Shown here: piece after piece, positions 1 through 8,618 of the stretch
Layout: each line of letters opens with the position of its first letter
How positions within the stretch are numbered: the stretch's first letter is position 1
NCBI GenBank assembly: GCA_030591505.1
Contig: JAUVAY010000001.1
Location: forward strand, 1 to 53,762
Source of the DNA: Flavobacteriales bacterium
GTDB taxonomy: Bacteria > Bacteroidota > Bacteroidia > Flavobacteriales_D > JAHECK01
Direction of reading: 5' to 3'
DNA: 53,762 nt
Translations under genes and position numbers: made by a program
Notes under the pieces: model-generated
Told to the model about the DNA's origin: nothing
Databases searched by the model: none
What the model saw: the letters and a program-made list of their open reading frames with translations, nothing else

Positions 1-285
1 AGCTTTCCCTCCCTCCTTCAATTTAGCTAGGTATTTAGCTATTATCTCATCATAGCTTCTGGATGACCGGTTCGGTTTTCCAAATAATATTCGTAAGCCA
101 GGTAATGGAATTCGCAGGGCTTTATTCAAGGGTTGAATCGAACGAAGTAAATGCTCAAGCTGCTTTAAGGGACTCCACTTTCCATCAGGAGCTATATTCA
201 ATTCTTCTTCAGGTAAGGATTCAATTAGAGAAATTACCTTATTCGTATTTTCCTTTAATCGAATGATTATTTCATCTTTTGTCAT
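1..285 (-). CDS. DinB-family protein, N-terminal part (3' end runs off the window)
   Basis: My own minus-strand translation from ATG 285-283 gives MTKDEIIIRLKENTNKVISLIESLPEEELNIAPDGKWSPLKQLEHLLRSIQPLNKAL..., open through position 1. The layout resembles DinB_2 helical-bundle proteins. It is absent from the ORF track because it has no stop inside the window. It supersedes the 63..266 + ORF. Confidence 0.5.
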   Translation of the reverse strand, partial: MTKDEIIIRLKENTNKVISLIESLPEEELNIAPDGKWSPLKQLEHLLRSIQPLNKALRIPLPGLRILFGKPNRSSRSYDEIIAKYLAKLKEGGKA

Positions 286-294
286 CTACTAAAT

Positions 295-1200
295 TTACGA
301 AATCTTCAGTTGATATACATCGGGTCTAGAATAATGTCCTGCAACATCAAACATTCTCTTTGCTTCTTTTATTAGATCCATGTCCAAGTCTGCAAAGATC
401 AATTCTTGTTTTTCTGCTAATGGCCCGGCTATTATCCGTCCTTTAGGGTCGATAACACATGAATTTCCAGCATTGACCCATTCTCTTTCTCCTGGGTATT
501 CTTTTTTAAATTCATACTTATCGGGAATATCATCCATTCTTATAGCACTACAACAACTTAAAACAAATAGCCCTCCTTCTCGTGCAATATGCTGCATACT
601 TTGAATCCAATTATCACTCTTATCCCAAGTAGGAACTAATAAGATCTGCACACCGAGTTCATATAATCTAACCCTCGGCATGGGCATATAAGCTTCCCAA
701 CAGATAAGTCCGCCAATTTTTCCAAATGGTGATTCTACAACTTTGTCAGTAATGCCTGCTGCTTGACCCCATACCGTTCTTTCTCCTCCTGTTGGAATAA
801 GTTTACGATGTGTTGTTTCAATTTCTCCTTTATCGTTTATTATTAGCAAAGAATTAAATAAACTGCTATTGCTATTCTCCGTATTTCGTTCATTGATTCC
901 AATTCCTACGTAAATTCCAGCGTCTTTAGCAGCTTCACAAAGTTTATTTGTGGAATCATCCGGGACAGAAACTGCGTTATTTAATAAATCAACATACAAG
1001 GCGTTTAATTCTACACCTTGACTGTTTTTCAATACCCATACCCAATCTGGGTAACCCGGAATAAAAGCTTCAGGAAAAAGTATCAATTTTGCTCCTTTCT
1101 CTGATGCTTCCCTAATTAACTGACAAGCTTTGTTGATCGATTCGTCTTTATTTAAATAAACAGGACTGAATTGGGCAAGGGAAATTTTAACGTTTGTCAT
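295..1200 (-). CDS. Nitrilase / carbon-nitrogen hydrolase family protein
   Basis: 301 aa with Glu-Lys-Cys triad contexts FPEAF, HRKLIP and GGLICWEAYMP, which are typical of the nitrilase branch. Confidence 0.85.
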   Translation of the reverse strand: MTNVKISLAQFSPVYLNKDESINKACQLIREASEKGAKLILFPEAFIPGYPDWVWVLKNSQGVELNALYVDLLNNAVSVPDDSTNKLCEAAKDAGIYVGIGINERNTENSNSSLFNSLLIINDKGEIETTHRKLIPTGGERTVWGQAAGITDKVVESPFGKIGGLICWEAYMPMPRVRLYELGVQILLVPTWDKSDNWIQSMQHIAREGGLFVLSCCSAIRMDDIPDKYEFKKEYPGEREWVNAGNSCVIDPKGRIIAGPLAEKQELIFADLDMDLIKEAKRMFDVAGHYSRPDVYQLKIS

Positions 1201-1318
1201 AAATAAGTTAAATAAAGCGTGGTTGTTATCAGTAAGTTAGAACAATATATAAAAAATAAAGTCTAGGTTTTATATACGCAGCTCTTACTATATTCCAAAA
1301 ATTTTATTTCATGATATT

Positions 1319-1348
1319 TTCTGCGAGAATCTGCGAAATCTTCGGGAA
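1319..1348. repeat. Dispersed intergenic element TTCTGCGAGAATCTG-CGAAATCTTCGGGAA (copy 1)
   Basis: The exact 15-mer TTCTGCGAGAATCTG recurs inverted at 29450-29464 with similar flanks. The element contains an internal ATCTGCG-like sub-repeat. Confidence 0.7.
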
Positions 1349-1412
1349 CTATTTCGCACATTTATTTTCACTCATTTTTCAAAAAAATTAAACAGAATTA
1401 ATCGTAGATAAT

Positions 1413-1826
1413 TTATCTATTCTCAAAATAAGCTTTTACCCATGCTGCCATTTGATTTTCTGTCATACTATCTGCCCTTTCAATGCTGAGTATCTTATTC
1501 CCAAGTTTCGATTGGTTGCCTAACTCATTTTTCATTCCAGCAGGTCCAAAAAACACCAGCTCATCCACATTTTTTATTTTGACAATAATATCATCCAGAA
1601 ATAGTTTCCTCTGTCCGTTCAAACGGCTTTCTTTACTCTTTTCTGAATCGATATGCTGTTCACCAAAACGAGAATTACTACGTGTTTCTCCGTCAACCCT
1701 CTCCCTTGTCTCAATCTCCGAATATATCGTTTCAATATTTTTACTATCTCCATTAAAAGAAATTATGACTGCTCGATGACTATCTATCCAAACTCCTGTT
1801 TGTTTTACTTTTATCAACTCCTTCAT
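1413..1826 (-). CDS. Hypothetical protein, possibly Host_attach / bacterial eRF1-fold (baeRF-like) family
   Basis: 137 aa. N-terminal GVWIDSHRAVIISF and C-terminal ELVFFGPAGMKNELGNQ...ADSMTENQMAAWVKAYF mirror the layout I recall for Host_attach proteins (WvlvaD..A.if ... LvlvApp..LG.lr ... Dlt). This is recollection only. Confidence 0.35.
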   Translation of the reverse strand: MKELIKVKQTGVWIDSHRAVIISFNGDSKNIETIYSEIETRERVDGETRSNSRFGEQHIDSEKSKESRLNGQRKLFLDDIIVKIKNVDELVFFGPAGMKNELGNQSKLGNKILSIERADSMTENQMAAWVKAYFENR

Positions 1827-2045
1827 GCTAATTCCCTCACTTTTTAATTATTATTTATGCTTATCCCTAATTTACGAAAAATGAAGGAGAATCAATAAGG
1901 ATTATACTGGCTTTTGTTTTTACTAAAACTGACTTTAATCATTTTATTGTCAGTTAGTTATATATCTTTTTTTCGTATCTTTAGTAGATTCTGACATAAT
2001 CAGAATTAATCGATGTATTAGCTAATAATTTATATAACACTTACC

Positions 2046-3176
2046 ATGGAAAAAAATGTTATGGACCTTGTAGGTCCCGGTATTGGAAATTATGAGGAAG
2101 TGGAAAAAGTACTCCCAAGAGATTACTTTTCATTGCTGACTCCAAAGGAAACGCAAATCGCTTTAAAAGCGGTAAAAGACTACATTGAAGACAATCTTGC
2201 AAAAGAGTTAAACTTGATCATGGTGGCAGTACCCTTAATTGTTGATAAAGACAGTGGGGTTAACGATTATCTGGACCGTGATGGATCGCGCTCACCTGTC
2301 GAATTTTTTATCAATAATGATCATGGTGCAAACCCGGTAACTGCACAAGTTGTTCAAGCTGCCACCAAATGGAAAAGGATGGCTTTGAAACAATTCGATA
2401 TGAAACCTGGAGAAGGGATCAATACTGATATGCATGCCGTTAGAAAAGACTATTTCTTAGATCATGATCACAGTGCTTATGTTGATCAATGGGACTGGGA
2501 ACAAGTGATAACTGATAAAGAACGTACGCTGGATTACTTGACAATAGTTGTGAAGAAAATCTGGAAAGTGCTAAAAGGAGCCGAGACATTTGTACAAGAA
2601 ATGTATCCTCAATTAAAAGGCGATCGTTATCCAGACCTTCCGAAAGAACTTACTTTCATTCATGCTGAAGATCTGCTAGCTATGTATCCTGATCTGCCAA
2701 GAAAGAAAAGAGAAACAGAGATCATTAAGAAATATGGAGCCGTATTTATATATGGAATTGGATGGACCTTAGCAGATGGCTATCCACATGAGATGCGCGC
2801 TGCTGATTATGATGACTGGATAACGGAAACCACTTCTAAAGACGGTCGCAAAATGCATGGCTTGAATGGGGATATCCTTGTTTACAATCCTGTAACAGAA
2901 CGACGACATGAATTAACCTCGATGGGAGTTCGTGTAAATCCTGAAACGTTGATGAAGCAGCTCCACCTAACCGATCAGTTGAATTTTCTTGAACTCCCTT
3001 ATCACAAAGCGATAATGGAAGGAGAAATTCCATTAAGTATTGGTGGTGGTATTGGTCAGTCGAGAACTACAATGCTACTCCTCAAAAAGGCACATATCGG
3101 AGAAGTAAGCGTGACTGTATGGCCCCAAAAATTAAAAGATATCTGTGCGAAGAAAAACATCTTTGTGCTTGAATGA
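2046..3176 (+). CDS. asnA: Aspartate--ammonia ligase (asparagine synthetase A)
   Basis: 376 aa with C-terminal SIGGGIGQSRTTMLLLKKAHIGEV and AsnA/class II aaRS-like core motifs. The start may lie a few codons downstream (MDLVG...). Confidence 0.85.
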   Translation: MEKNVMDLVGPGIGNYEEVEKVLPRDYFSLLTPKETQIALKAVKDYIEDNLAKELNLIMVAVPLIVDKDSGVNDYLDRDGSRSPVEFFINNDHGANPVTAQVVQAATKWKRMALKQFDMKPGEGINTDMHAVRKDYFLDHDHSAYVDQWDWEQVITDKERTLDYLTIVVKKIWKVLKGAETFVQEMYPQLKGDRYPDLPKELTFIHAEDLLAMYPDLPRKKRETEIIKKYGAVFIYGIGWTLADGYPHEMRAADYDDWITETTSKDGRKMHGLNGDILVYNPVTERRHELTSMGVRVNPETLMKQLHLTDQLNFLELPYHKAIMEGEIPLSIGGGIGQSRTTMLLLKKAHIGEVSVTVWPQKLKDICAKKNIFVLE

Positions 3177-3231
3177 ATGTATGAATGCTTAATTGATTGA
3201 GGGAGTGAATGAGGGAGGTTAAAATGATTTA
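3171..3231. repeat. C-depleted GAATGA-rich element (copy 1)
   Basis: There is only one C in 61 nt on the + strand. TGAATGTATGAATG (3174-3187) matches TGAATGCATGAATG at 51029-51042 in 13 of 14 positions, and both copies are followed by ATTGAG. Confidence 0.6.
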
Positions 3232-3365
3232 CTATCCGCCAGAGGCGAGACAGGTAGGAGAATAGTGATATGAGGTTTTTGAAGTGTTAAAAACTGGTCA
3301 ACCTATATCAGGGACATACAAAAATCTCAAATCAAGTTTCATCAATCTCCAATCTTAAATCCCTT

Positions 3366-3662
3366 CTAAAGGTGCTGCTCAATAATCTGCTTCAATTGAA
3401 CAGCAGGAACAACCCCAGACTGTCGCCAGAGTACTTCTCCTTTTTTAAATAAAATCAATGTAGGCACACCCTGTATCTGATAATTGCTTGCTACTTTTGG
3501 GTTTTTATCTACATCAACCTTCACGATCCGAATCTTTTCATTCATCAAGCCCGAAAGTTCTTTTAGAATCGGAGCCATCGCTTTACAAGGCCCACACCAT
3601 TCAGCAGAAAAGTCAATTAAAATTGGCTTATCTCCATTTATCAATTCACTAAAACTAGCCAT
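3366..3662 (-). CDS. trxA: Thioredoxin
   Basis: WCGPCK active site. I used the internal ATG at 3662 ([18 protein letters not shown]...), which abuts the upstream stop at 3664. The 113 aa long form would overlap the upstream gene by 44 nt. Confidence 0.85.
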   Translation of the reverse strand: MASFSELINGDKPILIDFSAEWCGPCKAMAPILKELSGLMNEKIRIVKVDVDKNPKVASNYQIQGVPTLILFKKGEVLWRQSGVVPAVQLKQIIEQHL

Positions 3663-3663
3663 C

Positions 3664-3957
3664 CTATTTCCATTTACTAATTTGCTCAATAATCTCTTCT
3701 CCTGCAATCAAACCTGTAAATGACCATACAGGTCGCCCGGACCTAAAAAGCTTTATATGCGGCAGGGATTTGACATTAAATGCTTTGAAAACCTCATCTT
3801 GTTTAATTTGATCAACTTGAAAGATCTCAATATCTTTTTCAAAATGATCTTTCACTTTTTCTAACTCACTTTCGATCAATTTGCACGGTGGACATTCCTC
3901 TGAATAGAAATCGATCAGAACACAGTTGTTTGAAAGAAAAACATCCTTAAGATTCAT
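3664..3957 (-). CDS. Thioredoxin-like protein (CPPC active site)
   Basis: [13 protein letters not shown] motif. The start MNLKD at 3957 forms a TAATG overlap with the upstream stop. A long form starting at 3981 is also possible. Confidence 0.7.
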   Translation of the reverse strand: MNLKDVFLSNNCVLIDFYSEECPPCKLIESELEKVKDHFEKDIEIFQVDQIKQDEVFKAFNVKSLPHIKLFRSGRPVWSFTGLIAGEEIIEQISKWK

Positions 3958-4583
3958 TATTCCATAAAGGTAATACTCCAAATTCCCCTAAGATCACCCG
4001 TAGCAAAATTTATTGCTTCATCATTGGGATATATATCACGAATAAAAGCAAGGTCACTTTCCGAAATATGTTTTTCTGGTGTACCGTGACAGTTTAAACA
4101 TGCTGGTTTAAGAAGGATTGGTGCCATAAATCGAGTTTCCCCATCCACTTCAATAACAACAGGCTTTAGTTTTTCATTAGCAGCCAGCATTTTTTGATAC
4201 TCTTCTATCATTCCCTTCTCCAACTCATCGGGCTTATTCATTGGGTTCCTTAGTTTATCACTAACTCGTTTTAATGTTGCATTATTCGCTTTTGCAATAG
4301 AATCGGTTAATGGATATGCCGCCATGTTACAATAAGCAACAGCTTCTTGAACTCCTCCCGATTTCATTTTTGTTTTAAGATTGCTCGAAAGAGTAATAAA
4401 TGTTTCTTTCGCGATCGTCTTTCCTTTTGTTAAGTACATCTCCTTTTCCTGTTGGCTTAAGGAAGGTGTATCACTTTCTTTGGATTGAGTATTATTACTT
4501 GTGTTTTCACAGCTTAGCAACATTCCGCTTAGCAGTATAAAAGAAAAAATAATTGGCTTTTTCATTGGAATAGATTTTATCAC
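3957..4583 (-). CDS. c-type haem protein, DUF3365 (Tll0287-like) family, lipoprotein
   Basis: Signal peptide followed by Cys (LLSGMLLSC), a single CxxCH motif (ACLNCHG), and a size and layout matching DUF3365. Confidence 0.5.
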   Translation of the reverse strand: MIKSIPMKKPIIFSFILLSGMLLSCENTSNNTQSKESDTPSLSQQEKEMYLTKGKTIAKETFITLSSNLKTKMKSGGVQEAVAYCNMAAYPLTDSIAKANNATLKRVSDKLRNPMNKPDELEKGMIEEYQKMLAANEKLKPVVIEVDGETRFMAPILLKPACLNCHGTPEKHISESDLAFIRDIYPNDEAINFATGDLRGIWSITFME

Positions 4584-4589
4584 TCTAAT

Positions 4590-5030
4590 TTACATATAAA
4601 TAACCTTCACTTCAATTTTCATATCAGAAGTTAATTCAAAACTTGCTTTAGAATATTTAGGACGATTTGTTAGGCCTAAAGATGTATAATTCGAGAACCC
4701 AAGGCCTTCAACTGGTAAAATAAATCCTTTATCGACCTTTCCATTCACATTCTCATCGTGCAAAATATTTATCACATAGGTTCCGGGAGCCAGATCAGTA
4801 AAAACAACGCTGGAGCTACCCTCCGTTATCGTTCCTTTAAGTATTCTATAATGTTTCTCATATTTTTCATCAGGAATAGAGCCGTCTTCGTTATACAAAG
4901 CAAATTGTATCACCCCCTCAGAATTACGTGAATTATTTACTTCTACGGTTAGCGAATAAGTACTCCCTGTTTTCGTAGTTGAAAATGATGTTAGAAATAG
5001 CAATATGGATAACAAAACTATGTTTCTCAT
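4590..5030 (-). CDS. DUF2141 domain-containing secreted protein
   Basis: Signal peptide, then ILHDENVNGKVDKGFILPVEGLGFSN, characteristic of DUF2141. Confidence 0.7.
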   Translation of the reverse strand: MRNIVLLSILLFLTSFSTTKTGSTYSLTVEVNNSRNSEGVIQFALYNEDGSIPDEKYEKHYRILKGTITEGSSSVVFTDLAPGTYVINILHDENVNGKVDKGFILPVEGLGFSNYTSLGLTNRPKYSKASFELTSDMKIEVKVIYM

Positions 5031-5058
5031 TAATATCTTTTTTAAAGTATATAGTTGA

Positions 5059-5298
5059 TTAGATCTTTAATTTTCGAAAAGCCTTATCAGGATCAAAGCC
5101 CGATATGTCTTTATTAACCTTGGTTGGTCCACAGGAATCAGCGCCTAAGCCACATCCTCTATTTAAGATTCCTTGAATAAGCAGAACAGATCCCATCAGT
5201 CCCATAGCCCAGCTCTTTTCGCCAAAGGCTGCGAATACAAAAAACCCACCGATCACAATGCGGAGTATACGTGTAAATGATAAATTCAATCCCTTCAT
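5059..5298 (-). CDS. DUF2892 (YgaP-like) small membrane protein
   Basis: 79 aa with two TM helices and the RILRIVIGG...GCGLGADSC pattern. This family is usually rhodanese-associated. Confidence 0.5.
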   Translation of the reverse strand: MKGLNLSFTRILRIVIGGFFVFAAFGEKSWAMGLMGSVLLIQGILNRGCGLGADSCGPTKVNKDISGFDPDKAFRKLKI

Positions 5299-5738
5299 TA
5301 TTTAACTAATTTTTTACCGTCTCTTTCCCAACCTAAAACTCCTTTATTAAGCTCATAGATCTCAATGAATCCCATGTCTTTCAATGTACTCATGGCTGTT
5401 TTACTCCTGTTACCAGACCGGCAATAAACAAAGATCACTTGACTTTTATCCAATTCGAGTTCTTCAATTTTTGCTATAAAACCCGAAGCGGTAATATCAA
5501 CCAATATACCTCCTTCTATGTGTCCCTGAAGAAACTCATTCCTCGTTCTCACATCGATCATCGGGCCTGGTTTTTGGACCATCATTTCACCCCAGTCATT
5601 AGTATTAAGTGACAAAGCAATTGATCCCTGTCTCTGGGCAACTTGAAGGTTTTGTTCCTGACTTGCTGTCTGGCTAGGTTGACAAGCTATTAGGACTATC
5701 GATAAGACTATCGAATATAAAAAATTGATTTTTTTCAT
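5298..5738 (-). CDS. Rhodanese-like sulfurtransferase, lipoprotein
   Basis: Lipobox LIAC and active-site loop YCRSGNRS. Confidence 0.8.
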   Translation of the reverse strand: MKKINFLYSIVLSIVLIACQPSQTASQEQNLQVAQRQGSIALSLNTNDWGEMMVQKPGPMIDVRTRNEFLQGHIEGGILVDITASGFIAKIEELELDKSQVIFVYCRSGNRSKTAMSTLKDMGFIEIYELNKGVLGWERDGKKLVK

Positions 5739-5747
5739 TAATACATT

Positions 5748-6167
5748 TTAATTCTTATGTGGTAATTTATCTTTTACTAGTCCGTATAAAAATGAACCAA
5801 ATAATGCGCTTAAAACAGCTATTACCATAACTGTAGAACCGTAACCTATTTGAATATATAATGGACCAGGACAAGAACCTGTTAAAGCCCAACCTAAACC
5901 GAATATTGTTCCGCCAAGTAAATATTGCAAAATTCCATCATAAAACTTTGGAATGTGAATGGGCTTTCCATCTATATCCTTCATCTTACTCCTCTTGATC
6001 CATTGATTAAAGATCAAACTCGTCATAACGGCCATTCCAATAATTCCAAACATATGGAAGGATTCGAATCGAAACATCTCATAAATCCTGTACCAGGATA
6101 TCACTTCACCTTTAGATAAAACAAATCCAAAAGCTACTCCAATAATAAGTAATCGTAAATTTTTCAT
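5748..6167 (-). CDS. YeeE/YedE-family sulfur-compound transporter, small half
   Basis: 139 aa, 4 TM helices, LTGSCPG motif. Paired with the preceding larger half. Confidence 0.7.
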   Translation of the reverse strand: MKNLRLLIIGVAFGFVLSKGEVISWYRIYEMFRFESFHMFGIIGMAVMTSLIFNQWIKRSKMKDIDGKPIHIPKFYDGILQYLLGGTIFGLGWALTGSCPGPLYIQIGYGSTVMVIAVLSALFGSFLYGLVKDKLPHKN

Positions 6168-6177
6168 GTCTTTCGGA

Positions 6178-6747
6178 TTAAAGGTTCATAATAATTGGGA
6201 TTAAAATAAAGGACGTTATCATTCCTCCAATAAAAAAGCCTATAACTGCCACCAATGAAGAAAACTCCAAGTTTGCAAGCCCTGTAATAGCATGTCCGGA
6301 TGTACATCCATCAGCATATCGAGTACCAAAGCCTACTAACATTCCACCTATAACAATAAAGATAAATCCCTTGATCGAAAAGAGTGTATCCCAATTAAAG
6401 ATCTCTACCGGAATCATCGTTTCATTAAATGAGCTAAATCCCATTTCCTCTAAAGATGCAATTGTTGATGCTGAAAGGTCAACGCCAACTTCATTAGGAA
6501 ATACAACTCCAGCAAGGTAACCTCCTATGATCATTCCAAGCACAAATATCAAATTCCAGATATCATCTTTCCATTTGTAGTCGAAGTATTTAGTAAACTT
6601 TCCGGCTCCTAACATCGAACAGGCTGTTCGATAGGTACCTGATATTCCAAACCTCTTCCCTACAAAATAGAGGGCAAAATAAATAAGACCAATTGCCGGA
6701 CCGGCAATGTACCATGGCCATGGCTCATACAATAAAGCGTGCATCAT
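6178..6747 (-). CDS. YeeE/YedE-family sulfur-compound transporter, large half
   Basis: 189 aa polytopic protein with the YADGCTSGH motif. Confidence 0.75.
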   Translation of the reverse strand: MMHALLYEPWPWYIAGPAIGLIYFALYFVGKRFGISGTYRTACSMLGAGKFTKYFDYKWKDDIWNLIFVLGMIIGGYLAGVVFPNEVGVDLSASTIASLEEMGFSSFNETMIPVEIFNWDTLFSIKGFIFIVIGGMLVGFGTRYADGCTSGHAITGLANLEFSSLVAVIGFFIGGMITSFILIPIIMNL

Positions 6748-6799
6748 AATATATTCCGTTTTAGGTGAATGAATCGGCAGGAATATAGAATAATTTTAC

Positions 6800-7117
6800 T
6801 TAACTCAAAGTGACAATCTCGCCTTTCCAGTCAAACAATCCTCCAAATAAGTTAGTTAACTTAGTAAATCCCATGTTTGCCATCATACTGCAAACGTTAG
6901 CACTACGGGCTCCCGAACGACAATAAACAAAATAATTAACATCCTTATCTAAGCCTTGTATCTTCTGGCTTAAGTCAGGTGAAAACATATCAAAATGTAA
7001 AGAATCTGGAATATGTCCCATTCTGAATTCTCCATCAGTTCTTACATCAATTAATACAATAGACTTATCCTCTTCTAAGGCTTGTCTAAATTCTCTTTCC
7101 ATTAAATTATTAAACAT
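6800..7117 (-). CDS. Single-domain rhodanese sulfurtransferase
   Basis: 105 aa with YCRSGARS active-site loop. Confidence 0.85.
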   Translation of the reverse strand: MFNNLMEREFRQALEEDKSIVLIDVRTDGEFRMGHIPDSLHFDMFSPDLSQKIQGLDKDVNYFVYCRSGARSANVCSMMANMGFTKLTNLFGGLFDWKGEIVTLS

Positions 7118-7178
7118 ACTAGTCTCTCAATTTTGTTTTTAATAGATATTTAATCTTCTTTTTATTACAATAAACTAC

Positions 7179-8585
7179 CTACAATGTGCTTGGACAAACG
7201 TACTCTGTACGTGGTACATCTGTCAGTTTTATTTCATCAAATCCACCATTGATATTCACCAAGTTTTTAAAGCCTTGGTTTTTAAGAATAGCGATCGTAC
7301 TCATTGAACGGTATCCACCTGCACAGTGTAAATAATAGGTTTCATCCTTATCCAGGTCATCTAAGTGATCAAAAAGATAGTCTAAAGGGAAACTGATCGC
7401 ATCGCTTACTCTTTCAGCATCAAATTCTGATGGTTTTCTTACATCCAGTGTTTTGATATCATTTTCACAATGAAATTTAGAAAACATTTTAGCTGATAGT
7501 TGACGCTCCGTTTCAGTAGGCTCACCGTGTTCGAACCATGCCGAAAATCCTCCTTCCAAATATCCTCTTGTATTATCATATCCCACACGAGCTAGGCGAG
7601 TTAATGCCTCTCCTTCTCTACCTTCTTCTGCAACCAAAATGATTTTCTGCTTGATATCCTGAATAATAATTCCTACCCACATGGCAAAATTCCCATCGAG
7701 TCCAATAAACCAAGAACCAGGTATATGTCCTTTACCATAATCCATTTCATGACGGGTATCTAAAACTATATACTCATCATTTTGCATCAGTTCTTTGACT
7801 TCAGTTACATTTAATGCTCTGTCGCCACGGTGCATAACATCATCGATGCTTTCGTAACCGTCTTTATTCATCATCGCATTCAATGGGAAATATTGAGGTG
7901 GGGGTAACATACCTGTCAACACTTCAGAAACAAACTCTTCCTTCGTCATATCCTCGCGCAAGGCATAATTCGTTTTCTTCTGATTTCCCAGGGTATCAAC
8001 CGTTTCTTTACTCATGTTTTTCCCACAAGAAGAACCCGCGCCATGTCCGGGATAAACGATAAGACTATCCGAAAGAGGCATGATTCTTTCTCGCAATGAT
8101 GTAAAAAGTAATCCGGCAAGATCCTCTTTTGTGACGTCTGATTTTATCGCAAGATCTGGTCTTCCAACATCTCCAAGAAAAAGAGTATCACCCGAAAAGA
8201 TCGCGTGGTCATTTCCATTTTCATCAATTAAAAGAAAGGTTGAACTTTCCATTGTATGACCAGGCGTATGCAATACTTTAATTTTCACATTACCGATCTC
8301 AAAGATTTGATTATCCTCAGCTACAATGACATCGTAATTTGGAGTTGCTGTAGGTCCATATACAATTTTTCCACCAGTCTTTCTCGCCAGGTCTATGTGT
8401 CCGGAGACAAAGTCAGCATGAAAATGCGTTTCAAATATATATTTGATCTTCGCATTATCGTCTTTCGCTAATTTTAAATAAGGGGTTGATTCTCGAAGGG
8501 GATCAATAATTGCCGCTTCACCGTTCGATTCAATGTAATATGCCGCCTCAGCTAAACACCCTGTGTAAAGTTGTTCTACTCTCAT
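7179..8585 (-). CDS. MBL-fold persulfide dioxygenase fused to two rhodanese domains
   Basis: ETHFHADFVSGH metal-binding motif. The middle rhodanese domain lacks the active-site Cys; the C-terminal one has HCAGGYRS. Confidence 0.8.
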   Translation of the reverse strand: MRVEQLYTGCLAEAAYYIESNGEAAIIDPLRESTPYLKLAKDDNAKIKYIFETHFHADFVSGHIDLARKTGGKIVYGPTATPNYDVIVAEDNQIFEIGNVKIKVLHTPGHTMESSTFLLIDENGNDHAIFSGDTLFLGDVGRPDLAIKSDVTKEDLAGLLFTSLRERIMPLSDSLIVYPGHGAGSSCGKNMSKETVDTLGNQKKTNYALREDMTKEEFVSEVLTGMLPPPQYFPLNAMMNKDGYESIDDVMHRGDRALNVTEVKELMQNDEYIVLDTRHEMDYGKGHIPGSWFIGLDGNFAMWVGIIIQDIKQKIILVAEEGREGEALTRLARVGYDNTRGYLEGGFSAWFEHGEPTETERQLSAKMFSKFHCENDIKTLDVRKPSEFDAERVSDAISFPLDYLFDHLDDLDKDETYYLHCAGGYRSMSTIAILKNQGFKNLVNINGGFDEIKLTDVPRTEYVCPSTL

Positions 8586-8618
8586 AATTCAAAATTTTGC
8601 CTGTTTCAATAGGTTCTG

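Noticed and set aside
63-266. 67 aa + strand ORF at the window start
   Set aside because: The opposite strand carries a better ORF, open to the window edge, with DinB-like sequence (1-285). The + ORF is its antisense shadow.
1988-2006. Inverted repeat ATTCTGA-cataa-TCAGAAT 40 nt upstream of asnA, plus AACTGAC...GTCAGTT at 1927-1955
   Set aside because: These are single AT-rich 7-bp stems with no second copy or regulator gene nearby. They are compatible with chance in AT-rich DNA.
3366-3981. Long forms of the two thioredoxin ORFs (113 and 105 aa) overlapping upstream genes by 44 and 25 nt
   Set aside because: Internal ATGs at 3662 and 3957 give standard thioredoxin lengths and neat stop/start junctions. 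The long forms add non-conserved leaders.
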